A stretch of DNA of 64,000 nucleotides from an uncultured Phycisphaerales bacterium (GTDB lineage: Bacteria > Planctomycetota > Phycisphaerae > Phycisphaerales > SM1A02). The translations under genes were made by a program, and so were the position numbers. Shown here piece by piece: positions 20,211 to 29,559 of the stretch. A model generated the notes under the pieces. That model saw nothing but the letters and a program-made list of their open reading frames with translations, was not told the DNA's origin and did not search any database. The stretch is taken from contig CALKEP010000002.1 of assembly GCA_938084645.1 (NCBI GenBank), positions 1 to 64,000 of the forward strand. Reading direction: 5' to 3'. The stretch's first letter is position 1; every line of letters begins with the position of its first letter.

Positions 20211-20552
20211 GAGCCTCGATCCGATGCGGTGGCGAGGGGTTCGCAGGAGCAGTGGTCGATGGTCGCATCGACCCACTCGGCAGGAGCCGGAATCAGAAGG
20301 GCGCCCCATCCCGCCCCGGACGGGGACGGGCCTGAAGCGATTCCGGACGAGGCGAAACACCGATGCCCGACTCGCCCCGAGGGTACGATGCCGAGCCGGT
20401 CGGGTTCGTACCCGCCGGTGGGAATGATACTCGCTCCCCCGATCCGGGGGCCTCGGCGGGGATCGATTCCTCCGCAGCATCGGCCGTCTCCGGCCTCCCG
20501 ACCGAGCGACCATCGCCTCGTACTCACCTCTCCGCCCGATCCAGGAACCCAC

Positions 20553-21590
20553 ATGGCCGTCTTCGAACAGCTTCTGGCGATCGCCCGGAACACCCTCTTC
20601 GAGAGCATCCGTCAACCGGTCCTGCTGGTCGTGCTCGTGGTGTGCACGATCCTCGTGATCCTGAGCAACCCCTTCAGCGCGTACACCCTGCAGGACGACA
20701 ACCGGATGTTCGTCGACATCGGGCTCTCGACGATCTTCATCGGTGGAGCCATTCTCGCCGCCTTCGTGGCCTCCAACGTCCTGACCCGGGAGATCGACAA
20801 CCGAACCGTGCTCACGGTGGTGTCCAAGCCGGTCTCCCGGCCGGTCTTCGTGATCGGAAAATATCTCGGGGTCGCCGGCGCCCAGGTCCTGGTGATCGCC
20901 TTTCTGGCGTTGGTCTTCATGATGGTGGAGATCCACGGCGTCCAGCAGACCGTCACGACCCCCTACCACCTGCCCGTGATCCTGCTCGGCTTCGGCGCGG
21001 TCCTGCTCGCCATCGGGGTCGGTGTCTGGTGCAACTTCTTCTACGACTACGTGTTCTCAAGCACCTTCATCGTGGTCGGGACGCCGCTGCTCCTGATCGC
21101 CTACGGCATCACGCTCCCCCTCGCCGCGGACTTCTCCCCCCAGCCGATCGGCATGCAGTTCGAGGGCAATCTGTGGGTGGCGATCGCGGTCCTCTTCCTC
21201 GGCGAACTCGTCCTCACCTCGATCGCCCTCGCCGCGAGCACGCGACTCGGCCAGGTGCTGACCCTCGTCACGACGGTGGGCTTCTTCCTGCTCGGCCTGC
21301 TGTCCGACTGGCTGATCGCCCGTCGGATCAGCCGGATCGAGGAGATCGAGGCCGCGGTCACCAAGGCCGGCGGCGAGGTCGGCGCCGAACTGGCGGTCCA
21401 GAGCTGGCTGCTCGAAGTCGCCTATGCCGTCGTTCCCAACTTCCAGGTCTTCTGGCTGGCCGATGCGATCACCCAGGACGCGAACATCCCGCTCGACTAC
21501 CTCGCGTGGACCGTGCCGTACGGACTGGTGCTCATCGTCGTGGCATTGTCGGTCGCCGTGATGCTCTTCCAGCGACGCGAAGTCGGTTGA
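20553..21590 (+). CDS. ABC-2-type permease
   Basis: IARNTLFESIRQP, REIDNRTVLTVVSKPVSR..GKYLG, C-terminal FQRREVG. Confidence 0.88.
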   Translation: MAVFEQLLAIARNTLFESIRQPVLLVVLVVCTILVILSNPFSAYTLQDDNRMFVDIGLSTIFIGGAILAAFVASNVLTREIDNRTVLTVVSKPVSRPVFVIGKYLGVAGAQVLVIAFLALVFMMVEIHGVQQTVTTPYHLPVILLGFGAVLLAIGVGVWCNFFYDYVFSSTFIVVGTPLLLIAYGITLPLAADFSPQPIGMQFEGNLWVAIAVLFLGELVLTSIALAASTRLGQVLTLVTTVGFFLLGLLSDWLIARRISRIEEIEAAVTKAGGEVGAELAVQSWLLEVAYAVVPNFQVFWLADAITQDANIPLDYLAWTVPYGLVLIVVALSVAVMLFQRREVG

Positions 21591-21617
21591 TGCCGACCGG
21601 AGGGTGGCCGGGCCAGG

Positions 21618-22250
21618 TCACTCCGCCCAGTTCATGGCCTGATCGGCCCGACTCTTGCTGGTGATCAGGAATCCGAGGATCACCGGATAGACCATCGGCA
21701 GCAGCCCGAAGATCGCGAGCATGATCCGGCTCTGGGACTTGATCTCCTCCGCCGTCTTCGCGGGAAACTGCGATACGTCGCCACCGCGATCCTTGATCAT
21801 CGCCTTCGTCGCATCCTGGATGTCCAGTTGATACTGCACGTTCGCGTCGAGGAACACGAAGCCGAGCCCGATCCCGATGATGGTCGTGACGATCGCCAGC
21901 GCGACCCAGGTCTTGAGGATGCCAAGCGATCGGGTGGACCGCCGAAGCAGCCCGACGCCTCCGACCAGCAACACGATCGCGATCGCCATTCCGATGGCGC
22001 CGGATCCCACCTGAACCCAGACGAGCGTGGGCGACATCGTCAGCTTCTCGGCGTCCATGCCACTCATCTGGAGGAAGAACGGCGTGGCGAAGGGCGAAGC
22101 TCCGGCGCATCCGTTTCCGATGATGGCGAGGATTCCATAGACGAGGGAGATCACCCCGATCACCGTCGGCCAGCGAACGGAGCGGGCTTCGAGATCGTCG
22201 GTGGGAAGCAACGGCGGCGTGTCGGATCGTTCGGAAGTGTCGTGGTTCAT
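21618..22250 (-). CDS. Hypothetical 4-TM membrane protein
   Basis: WPTVIGVISLVYGIL plus three more hydrophobic segments; TACGCT 6 nt upstream of ATG. Confidence 0.75.
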   Translation of the reverse strand: MNHDTSERSDTPPLLPTDDLEARSVRWPTVIGVISLVYGILAIIGNGCAGASPFATPFFLQMSGMDAEKLTMSPTLVWVQVGSGAIGMAIAIVLLVGGVGLLRRSTRSLGILKTWVALAIVTTIIGIGLGFVFLDANVQYQLDIQDATKAMIKDRGGDVSQFPAKTAEEIKSQSRIMLAIFGLLPMVYPVILGFLITSKSRADQAMNWAE

Positions 22251-22384
22251 GCTGCGAGCGTAGCGAGATTTCGATTGAGAAACGAAGGCCGGGCCCCGGC
22301 ATGATGCCGAGGCCCGGTCACGGGTTCCTGTTGATTTGATCGACCGAGTCCGGCCCGGAGGCCGGGGTCGCATCGAACGACGCC

Positions 22385-23695
22385 TCAGTTGCGATTGTTG
22401 GCCCGCTGCCGCCGGATCTCCTCGATCTGCCGCTTGATCGGGTCCGGATCCGGGGGGAGCCCCATCTCGTAGACCAGCACGGGGTAGCACCGGTTGTACC
22501 AACCGAGCAACTCCTTCAGCAGGGTGATCGCCCGCTCGGGGTTCCGCTGCAACTCGGCCTGGAGTCGCGGAATCCGCTCACGACACTGCTTCACCGTCCG
22601 CTGCCATCGTTCATGGATGCGTCGACCGGAGTCGTTGACCTCGTGCCATTCCGGAAGGTCCAGCAGGACCGCGAGTTCGTCGGTGGTGTTGGCGATGCCG
22701 TCGGCATAACCGCAGTCGATCGCGTTGTACGAGTTGAGCGTGAGCACGTTCTGGTCGTCGGAGATGTCGAACTCGCCCCGCATGTCGGGATAGATCGTCA
22801 CCTTGCCGGTGTCCGGATCCTTGTCGTAGCTCGCCATCGCGGTCCGCGTGACCATGCACCGGGCGATGATCGGATCACGACCGCCGATCTCCGCGACCTC
22901 GCTGAACTTCTCGAGCCACGCGTCGAGCTCGCCGCCGGAGATCGCGGTCTGACCCGCATACATCACCGCCGACCCCATCGCACCGACCTGCATGAAGTAG
23001 ATCTCGTCGCAGTGAAGCGAGGTGAACGCCGCCGCCGAGATCGCTTCCTTGACCCAGGCGATGACGCGGTGTCGCTGCTTCACGTCCTTCAGCGTCTCGT
23101 GGATCTTGTCGCCCTCGATCACCAATCCGCCGGGGGAGTTGATCTGCAGGACGATGATCTGGCCCGGTCCGTACTTGTCGGCCTCTTCGATGATCGACTT
23201 GATCTCGTCGTGCCGGGCCTCGATGCCGACCGGCCCCTCCCAGGGCATGAAGAAGACGCCGGGCTTCGAGGACTCGAGGACCCCGTCCTCGCCCACCGTG
23301 GTGACCGCCGGCGTGGAGCCGCCCTTCGCCTTCGTCGCGGGCTCCCGCGTGGCCCGGGCAGGCGTCGTGCCGGCGTCGCCGCCCGCGGCCGGTCCCGAGG
23401 TCTTCATGGTCTCGATGTCCGGGGCGAAGATCCCCTTGGTCGCTTCCTTGCCCGCGATCTGGCCGCGGACGAAGACGATCTCGAAACCGGGTCGACCGTC
23501 GACCTTCATGACCACGCCGGACATCGACTGCGAGATCCCCCGTTCCGAGAAGACCACGTCGACGCGATCGCCATCGTTGCCACGCCAGCTCGACCCGTTG
23601 TCGAACATCAGTTCGTACTGATCGGCGGAGACGAGGCCACCGAGGGCGAGCACCGCGAACAGGAACATCAGGATGGGAGCGAATCGAGTCTGCAT
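22385..23695 (-). CDS. Exported NfeD/ClpP-crotonase-fold protein A (Ser motif retained)
   Basis: Signal peptide; LQINSPGG, AISAAAF, EIYF, GGRD..IA..MV, VLTLN..AI..GYADG; no TM or OB domain. Confidence 0.8.
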   Translation of the reverse strand: MQTRFAPILMFLFAVLALGGLVSADQYELMFDNGSSWRGNDGDRVDVVFSERGISQSMSGVVMKVDGRPGFEIVFVRGQIAGKEATKGIFAPDIETMKTSGPAAGGDAGTTPARATREPATKAKGGSTPAVTTVGEDGVLESSKPGVFFMPWEGPVGIEARHDEIKSIIEEADKYGPGQIIVLQINSPGGLVIEGDKIHETLKDVKQRHRVIAWVKEAISAAAFTSLHCDEIYFMQVGAMGSAVMYAGQTAISGGELDAWLEKFSEVAEIGGRDPIIARCMVTRTAMASYDKDPDTGKVTIYPDMRGEFDISDDQNVLTLNSYNAIDCGYADGIANTTDELAVLLDLPEWHEVNDSGRRIHERWQRTVKQCRERIPRLQAELQRNPERAITLLKELLGWYNRCYPVLVYEMGLPPDPDPIKRQIEEIRRQRANNRN

Positions 23696-23747
23696 GAGAA
23701 ATCCCTGACTGGAGTTGCTTGTTTCGAACGGAATCATCGGAACCGGA

Positions 23748-24917
23748 TCAGAGCCCTCGGCCACCACCACCGCTGCCGCGGCCCCGGTTGCCGCCACGGT
23801 TGCCCCGGCCCTGGTTGCCGCGGCGCATGTCGCCGATCTGGTCCTTGATCCCCTCGATCTGGAGTTCGAGCTGCAGGATGCTCATTCCATAGTCCTGCTG
23901 CCATCGAGCCTCGACGGCCGGGTACTGGCGGCAGGCCCGCAGGATCCGCTCCAGGTCGGTCTTGGCGCTCCCGAGGTACTTGATCGCGTCATCACCCGAC
24001 GCCCAGCCCATCTTCTGCTGGGCGTCAGCCCACCAGGTCTTGCACCGGTCGAAGGTCCGACGCCAGTCGGAAACGTACTTCTCGACCATCTGCTTGCCGG
24101 ACTCGGCCTCGTCGTACTCTCGATAGCCCATGAGGAACATGAGGTCGTCGAGGTTCTCGACGGTCCCTTGCGAGAGTCCCATGTCCTCGGCGAGGCTGGC
24201 ATTGAAGTTCGCGACGTTGTCGCCGCTGGAGTCCACGACCCACTGGCCGGCGGTGTCGTTGGCCCAGGTGACTTCGCGGCCCTTGAAACTCGCGCTGAGG
24301 TTGTACTCCGGACGCATCATGGCCCAGCCGATCTCGAGCGGGTAACCGCCGATCTGGAGGAAGCCGTTCCCCATGCCGACCCACGCGTTGAGCATCTTCG
24401 ACGCGACGTCCGGATCGCTCCAGCCCGCCGCCATGGAGGAGATGCGGGCGAGACCCCAGAGACGAGCGCCCTCGGACATGTACATTTCGGGCCACGAGAG
24501 CGCGAGCAGGCTGCCGAGCCCCACCGAGTCCTCGACCCACATCACCTGACGGGCGTCGAGCTTCTCGTGGAGCGTGCGGACGAGGTCGCGATACTCGCCG
24601 ATCTTCGCGAGTCCGAACTCCCGACGGTCGTCGTTCCCGGCGAGGTAGAAGTTGTTGTCGATGTCCGCCGACTTCAGCTGGTAGACGATGACGTCGGGCT
24701 GGACCTCCATCACGTCCTTGACGACCTCGTCATAGATCGAGGGATGAATGTCGGTGCCCATCTGCCCGCTCATCGGCACCACGTAGACCACGGGGACCTT
24801 GGATTCGGTGACGGCGGATTCGCCGGCGGGCGTCTCGGCCCCTCGGGCGGCGAGTGAGGACGCCGTCGCGGCGGCGAGCAGCCCGGACAGGGCGACGAAT
24901 CGGAGTGGGATCGACAT
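23748..24917 (-). CDS. Exported NfeD/ClpP-fold paralogue B (Ser motif degenerate), Arg/Gly-rich tail
   Basis: Aligns by eye with A (WVEDSVGLGSLLAL, SKMLNAW...IGG, ANFNASLAEDMGLSQG); signal peptide. Confidence 0.72.
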   Translation of the reverse strand: MSIPLRFVALSGLLAAATASSLAARGAETPAGESAVTESKVPVVYVVPMSGQMGTDIHPSIYDEVVKDVMEVQPDVIVYQLKSADIDNNFYLAGNDDRREFGLAKIGEYRDLVRTLHEKLDARQVMWVEDSVGLGSLLALSWPEMYMSEGARLWGLARISSMAAGWSDPDVASKMLNAWVGMGNGFLQIGGYPLEIGWAMMRPEYNLSASFKGREVTWANDTAGQWVVDSSGDNVANFNASLAEDMGLSQGTVENLDDLMFLMGYREYDEAESGKQMVEKYVSDWRRTFDRCKTWWADAQQKMGWASGDDAIKYLGSAKTDLERILRACRQYPAVEARWQQDYGMSILQLELQIEGIKDQIGDMRRGNQGRGNRGGNRGRGSGGGGRGL

Positions 24918-24990
24918 TCTGGACTCCAAGGATCGGTGCGGAATCGGGTTCGCTTTCAGAAGTGAAGCCCGAGTACCTCAGGATATCAAG

Positions 24991-25017
24991 TAGACGTGCG
25001 AATCCGGGTGCGGTTCC
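24991..25017 (-). promoter_or_regulatory. Candidate ECF-sigma promoter for the NfeD-like pair
   Basis: Minus strand GGAAC-N16-CGTCTA with A-rich stretch (aataaaaa) upstream. Confidence 0.55.
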
Positions 25018-25054
25018 CCGTCGGTTGACGTTTTTATTCGTGCTTCCAAGGCGA

Positions 25055-26296
25055 TCAGGCATCGCCACCGGGGCTGGCGGGCGGCTCCCCCAGCTCGCGA
25101 GCGAGCAGGATCGCATCCTCCCGGCCGCGAACCCGCCCCTCGAGCTGCGCGTCGTACACCTCGGTGAGGATTCGACCGAAGGCCGGGCCCGCCTCCATCC
25201 CGATCTCCTTCAGATCCTCGCCGGTCAGCAGCGGCGTGGGCGCGAGGCCGGTCGAGCGGAGCACCGCCGTGTCCCGCTGGATCTCGGCGACCAGATCGGG
25301 CGCCTCGGTCGCCAGCAGGTCGCACGACCGTGCGAAGAGCGGCGTGGCCGCCAGCCGCTTGCGGGCGGCCACGCCGAGCGTCTCCCACGCCTCCTGAAGT
25401 CGACGCCGCGTCTCCAACAGGGCCCGCAGGGTGACCGTCTCCTCGTTCGAGAGCACCAACCCCGGGGTCAGCCGCTCCACGGCATCGCCGGCGGTGCCCC
25501 GATCCAGTTCCCAGGCGGCGAGCGCGTCGATCCAGGGCGCCGATCCGGGCATCGCCTCGAGCCGGAAACGCCCGGACGCTTCAGAAGATCGCGGGACGCC
25601 GAGAACGGTGCGATCGAGCGTCGTCGACTCGACCATCGCCGCCGCGCGAACCCGGCCGCGGTCCGCGAGCATTCGACGAAGTTCCTGTCCGACCCGTTCC
25701 CGACTCACCCCACCGAGCCGATCGGCCCGAACCGAGATCGCGGCCTCGGTGGCCGGCTCGATCGCAAGGTCGAAGCGAGCGGCGAAGCGGACACCGCGGA
25801 GCATTCGAAGTCGATCCTCCTCGAATCGAGCCTCCGGATCCCCGATCGCCCGCAAGACGCGCGCATCGATGTCCGCACGGCCGCCGACGAGATCGACGAT
25901 CCGTCCGTCCGATGGCACTTCGAACAGGCCGTTGATCGTGAAGTCGCGACGCTGGGCGTCCTCTTCGGCGGTGCCGTAGCGCACCCGCCCGGGTCGTCGC
26001 CCGTCCTCGTAGGCGAAGTCCGATCGAAAGGTCGCCACTTCGATGCTGCAACCGTCGCTCGGCACCAGCATCACGCCGAAACTCGCGCCCACGCCCTTCG
26101 CCCTCGGAAAGACCTCGCGCACCAGATCGGGGGTCGCCGCCGTCGCGATGTCGATGTCCGTGGGCGAGAGACCGAACAACCGGTCACGCACGCAACCGCC
26201 GGCGAAATACGTCTCGTGCCCAGCCTCGATCAGGCTTCCGGCGATTCGCAGCGCGGCGCTCCGGACCTCCTTGAAATCGATCCCCGGGGCGGTCAT
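25055..26296 (-). CDS. cca: CCA tRNA nucleotidyltransferase (class II)
   Basis: GGCVRD..DIDIAT, flexible loop YEDGRRP, RRDFTING, EDRLR. Confidence 0.88.
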   Translation of the reverse strand: MTAPGIDFKEVRSAALRIAGSLIEAGHETYFAGGCVRDRLFGLSPTDIDIATAATPDLVREVFPRAKGVGASFGVMLVPSDGCSIEVATFRSDFAYEDGRRPGRVRYGTAEEDAQRRDFTINGLFEVPSDGRIVDLVGGRADIDARVLRAIGDPEARFEEDRLRMLRGVRFAARFDLAIEPATEAAISVRADRLGGVSRERVGQELRRMLADRGRVRAAAMVESTTLDRTVLGVPRSSEASGRFRLEAMPGSAPWIDALAAWELDRGTAGDAVERLTPGLVLSNEETVTLRALLETRRRLQEAWETLGVAARKRLAATPLFARSCDLLATEAPDLVAEIQRDTAVLRSTGLAPTPLLTGEDLKEIGMEAGPAFGRILTEVYDAQLEGRVRGREDAILLARELGEPPASPGGDA

Positions 26297-27027
26297 TCGG
26301 ATGGATCCGACAAGGCCTCGTCACCGGGGCCGGGGGCCGGAACCTCCGGGCCGAAGCGGGCTCGGAGTCTTGCCCGGCAACGGAGTCGAAGTTCGTCGAC
26401 CTCGCGTTCGAGACGCTTGAGCGCCTCCGGCACGCCTTCGGCCAGCAGGTCCTTCGCGAGGATCGGCGTGCCCGCCTCGCATTCGATCGGCCGACGCCAT
26501 CGCGGTTTCGAACGGTCGCGCGGCCAGGCGTCGAACGCCCCGTCGATGCCGATGGGGACGATCGTCGCGTCGGCCCGCTTGAGCAGCAGGGCGATCCCCG
26601 ACTTGAAGGCCTTCACCGTGCCGTCCGGGCACCGCGTGCCCTCGGGGTAGATGAGCACGCAGCGCCCCGCCTGGAGTTCGGCGATCGCCGCCCGCATGAC
26701 CGCCTTGTCGCCCCCGCCTCCCGATACGGGAAGCGCGCCGAGCGAGTGGATCAACCAACCGAAGGGACCGCGGAACAGCGTCTCGCGGGCGAACGGACGG
26801 AAGGGACGATCGTTGATCAACGCGCCGTTGATCGCCGGATCCATGAAGGACTGGTGATTCGAGAGATAGAGCAACGGCCCGGTCGAGGGGATGCGTTCCC
26901 GACCGGTGACCCGGAGCCCGAATCCGATCTTCACGAACAATGCGGACAGGGACTGACAGATGTCCCACCAGAACGTCGCGATGGCCGGCCGGCCCGGGGC
27001 CCGCCGCGCGAACTGAAACCGCCTCAT
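26293..27027 (-). CDS. plsC: 1-acyl-sn-glycerol-3-phosphate acyltransferase
   Basis: NHQSFMD and YPEGTR motifs. Confidence 0.9.
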   Translation of the reverse strand: MRRFQFARRAPGRPAIATFWWDICQSLSALFVKIGFGLRVTGRERIPSTGPLLYLSNHQSFMDPAINGALINDRPFRPFARETLFRGPFGWLIHSLGALPVSGGGGDKAVMRAAIAELQAGRCVLIYPEGTRCPDGTVKAFKSGIALLLKRADATIVPIGIDGAFDAWPRDRSKPRWRRPIECEAGTPILAKDLLAEGVPEALKRLEREVDELRLRCRARLRARFGPEVPAPGPGDEALSDPSE

Positions 27028-27770
27028 GCCCGCTCGCCTCGTGCGGGGATCGACCGGATCATCCGATCCACGACCTCGTCGAGCCCGAGATGGTCGGTGT
27101 CGATCTCGATGGCGCCGACCGGTCGGGTCAGCGGTGCATCGGAACGTCCAGCGTCCAGTCGATCTCGGGCCTCGATCCCCTCCCGGATCTCGACGGGGTC
27201 CGGAGACTGGCCCTTTCGACGCAGCTGATCCACGCGACGCTTCGCCCGGATCGCACTCGATGCGGTGAGGTAGAACCTCGCCTGGGCATCCGGGAAGACC
27301 ACCGACCCCTGATCACGCCCCTCGGTCACGAGATGCGGATGCGAAGCCGCGATCGCCCGCTGGACCGCGACGAGTCGTCGTCGAACCTCGGGCTGGGCCG
27401 CGACGATGGAGACGATCGCCTCGACCTCCCGGCTTCGAAGTTCATCGCCGGGGTCGCGACCATCGAGTTGGAGCGTGGGCGGATCCGCCGTGAAGTCGAC
27501 TTCCATCACATGGGCCTCGATCGCCTTCGCGACCGCATCGCCGTCCGCCGGGTCGGCACGGAGTCGGATCGCGAGCAACGCCGCGGCCCGGTACATCGCG
27601 CCGGTGTCGAGGACCATCAGGCCGAGCCGTTCCGCGACCCGCTGCGCCACCGTCGATTTTCCGGTGCCCGCGGGTCCGTCGATCGTCACGATCAGCGGCG
27701 ACACCTCGGCGTCCTCACGGGACGCGTCGGTACGAGCGGGATCATCCGACGGTGCGGGCATCGTTCTCAT
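27024..27770 (-). CDS. cmk: Cytidylate kinase
   Basis: IDGPAGTGKST, DTGAMYRA, EGRDQG motifs; exact start uncertain. Confidence 0.95.
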   Translation of the reverse strand: MRTMPAPSDDPARTDASREDAEVSPLIVTIDGPAGTGKSTVAQRVAERLGLMVLDTGAMYRAAALLAIRLRADPADGDAVAKAIEAHVMEVDFTADPPTLQLDGRDPGDELRSREVEAIVSIVAAQPEVRRRLVAVQRAIAASHPHLVTEGRDQGSVVFPDAQARFYLTASSAIRAKRRVDQLRRKGQSPDPVEIREGIEARDRLDAGRSDAPLTRPVGAIEIDTDHLGLDEVVDRMIRSIPARGERA

Positions 27771-28600
27771 TCCCCCTCCGCGTGACTTTCCAACCCTTCC
27801 TCGAGACGCTCGCGGGCCGCGATGATGGCGGCCGCTGCATGCTTGCCTCCGGCGTGATCCAGCGAGATCGCATGCTGGTAACCGACCGCGAGCACCGATC
27901 GGAGGCCCTCGACCACGTCGAAGGGGGTCTTGTCCTTCGATGCGGCCGCCGGTCGTCGCCCTCGGGCGGCGGCACCGACCGTGGCCATGATCGTCCCGGC
28001 GTAGGGCGCCAGCCGACGAAGATTCCCGGCGAAATCGCCCGAATCATGGGCGGTCCGGAAGTCCGGCAGCGACCCGATCCGGAATCCACCGACCTTCTTG
28101 ATCAACTCGGTGAGACGATCCGGATCCTCGGTGAGTCCCGCGTGGTTGCCCAGGAGCAGGTTCACGTCGTGGCGATCGATCTTCTGCATGACCTCGCGGA
28201 GCGCGACGGCGGCGAGATCGAAGCGGATCTCGTCGTCGGGCCCCGTGCACGCGATGCCGAGATTCGCACAGCCCAGCATGCTCGCCGCCCGGGCGAGACG
28301 ACCGATCCGGTCGACGGCCGCCGCCCGCGTCGCCGCATCGCTGGTGCCGAGATCGAAACCGTCCTCCTCGAACAGCAGAAGGGTGGGGCATCGGGCGCGA
28401 TCCGCCTCGTCTCGAATCCGCTCCAGGGCGGCCGCGTCGAGGCCGGTCAGCATCGAAGCCGGGATCGACAGGCCCCGTACACCAAGCTCTCCGACCGCGA
28501 AACGCGGCATGTCGACCAGTTCGAGGGAATCGTCCGGCGATTCGATACGGCTCCGAAAAGCCGCCACCGAAGCCGTCACCAGGAGTTGAATCTGCGCCAA
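27767..28600 (-). CDS. Sugar-phosphate isomerase/epimerase-like TIM-barrel protein (possibly degenerate)
   Basis: TTG start with GGAGGA SD; LLLGNHAGL..., GSLPDF, LAVGY..ISLD pattern. Confidence 0.6.
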   Translation of the reverse strand: MAQIQLLVTASVAAFRSRIESPDDSLELVDMPRFAVGELGVRGLSIPASMLTGLDAAALERIRDEADRARCPTLLLFEEDGFDLGTSDAATRAAAVDRIGRLARAASMLGCANLGIACTGPDDEIRFDLAAVALREVMQKIDRHDVNLLLGNHAGLTEDPDRLTELIKKVGGFRIGSLPDFRTAHDSGDFAGNLRRLAPYAGTIMATVGAAARGRRPAAASKDKTPFDVVEGLRSVLAVGYQHAISLDHAGGKHAAAAIIAARERLEEGLESHAEGE

Positions 28601-28800
28601 GAACCGATCCTCCAGACTCTTCGTCGCCTGTTCGAGAAGTTCGGAGTGTAGCGAAGCGGCCGGAAGGGACCGTGCCGGACCAGGCCACCTCGATCGAGAC
28701 CGGGGCGGCATGGCATCCCTCATCGTCACCTCGGCGACCTCGCCCCACCGTCGATCTCCCATGGGCCCTTCGAAGACCATGGCGTCGTATCGGGACGATC

Positions 28801-28835
28801 AAAAAGAAAGCACCGGTCGTGAGACCGGTGCTTTC
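28801..28835 (-). terminator. Rho-independent terminator
   Basis: 13-bp perfect stem gaaagcaccggtc/gaccggtgctttc followed by a U5 tract on the minus strand. Confidence 0.85.
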
Positions 28836-28880
28836 CAGAGGGGAGAAAGATCAAATGAAGAGGCCGCGTCAACCGCGACT
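28801..28880 (-). ncRNA. Candidate small RNA
   Basis: TACTTT -10 box (28886-28891), 5' hairpin, CU-rich linker, strong terminator; no gene-like ORF ends at the terminator. Confidence 0.5.
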
Positions 28881-29073
28881 CTCTCAAAGTAGCGTTCGAT
28901 TCGATCGTTGAAACCCCTTGCCGGCCGATTGACGGGGGTTTGGGGTATTCTCCCACCCACCGTCAGCATCGCCGCCCGGACGTTTGAACCGGTGTTCGCG
29001 GGGTATGATCGCCGTCCAATCGTTGCGAGGAAGGTACCTCCGACGCCCAGAGTCCCGTTCCCGGATCCCCGCC

Positions 29074-29451
29074 ATGACGAGCCCTGCCGATCGCCGATAC
29101 TCCGAGTCCCACGAGTGGTTTCTCGTCGACGGCGACCACGTCACCATTGGAATCACCTCCCACGCGACCGAGGCCCTCACCGACATCACCTACGTCGAGA
29201 TGAAGTCCGTGGGAACCGCGCTGACCGCCGGAGACTCGGTCGGCGAGGTGGAATCGGTCAAGACCACCAGCGACATCTACACCGCGGTGGCGGGCGAGGT
29301 CGCCGAATCCAACGACGCGGTGGTCGATGATCCGTCGATCGTGAACAACGATCCCTATGGCGAGGGCTGGCTCATCCGACTCCGGGTCGCCGATGCCGCC
29401 CCGCTCGAGGCCCTGATGGATGCGGCGGCGTACGACGCCATGAACGCCTGA
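29074..29451 (+). CDS. gcvH: Glycine cleavage system H protein
   Basis: YSESHEW, lipoyl motif EVESVKT, NNDPYGEGWL. Confidence 0.96.
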   Translation: MTSPADRRYSESHEWFLVDGDHVTIGITSHATEALTDITYVEMKSVGTALTAGDSVGEVESVKTTSDIYTAVAGEVAESNDAVVDDPSIVNNDPYGEGWLIRLRVADAAPLEALMDAAAYDAMNA

Positions 29452-29559
29452 CTCCGGCTCGAGGGCCGGCCTGAACCGGCCTTCAGACGGAAGCCCGAGG
29501 GGATCGCATCCGCGGGACACCCCGAACGAAGCCCCTCGTCCAAGAGGACCGTTGTCACC

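Noticed and set aside
18291..20969. Long N-terminal extensions making the SPFH gene and the divergent permease overlap
   Set aside because: Protein-like sequence begins at 20210(-) and 20553(+); the extensions look like stop-free GC-rich noise.
25055..26296. CC-only or A-only nucleotidyltransferase, or poly(A) polymerase
   Set aside because: The flexible loop (YEDGRRP) and EDxxR motif are present and no PAP-specific signature was recognised; ordinary CCA activity is the simplest reading, though untested.
28900..29073. Glycine riboswitch upstream of gcvH
   Set aside because: No recognisable GGAGA...CCGAAG...CUCUCAGG aptamer pattern on the plus strand.
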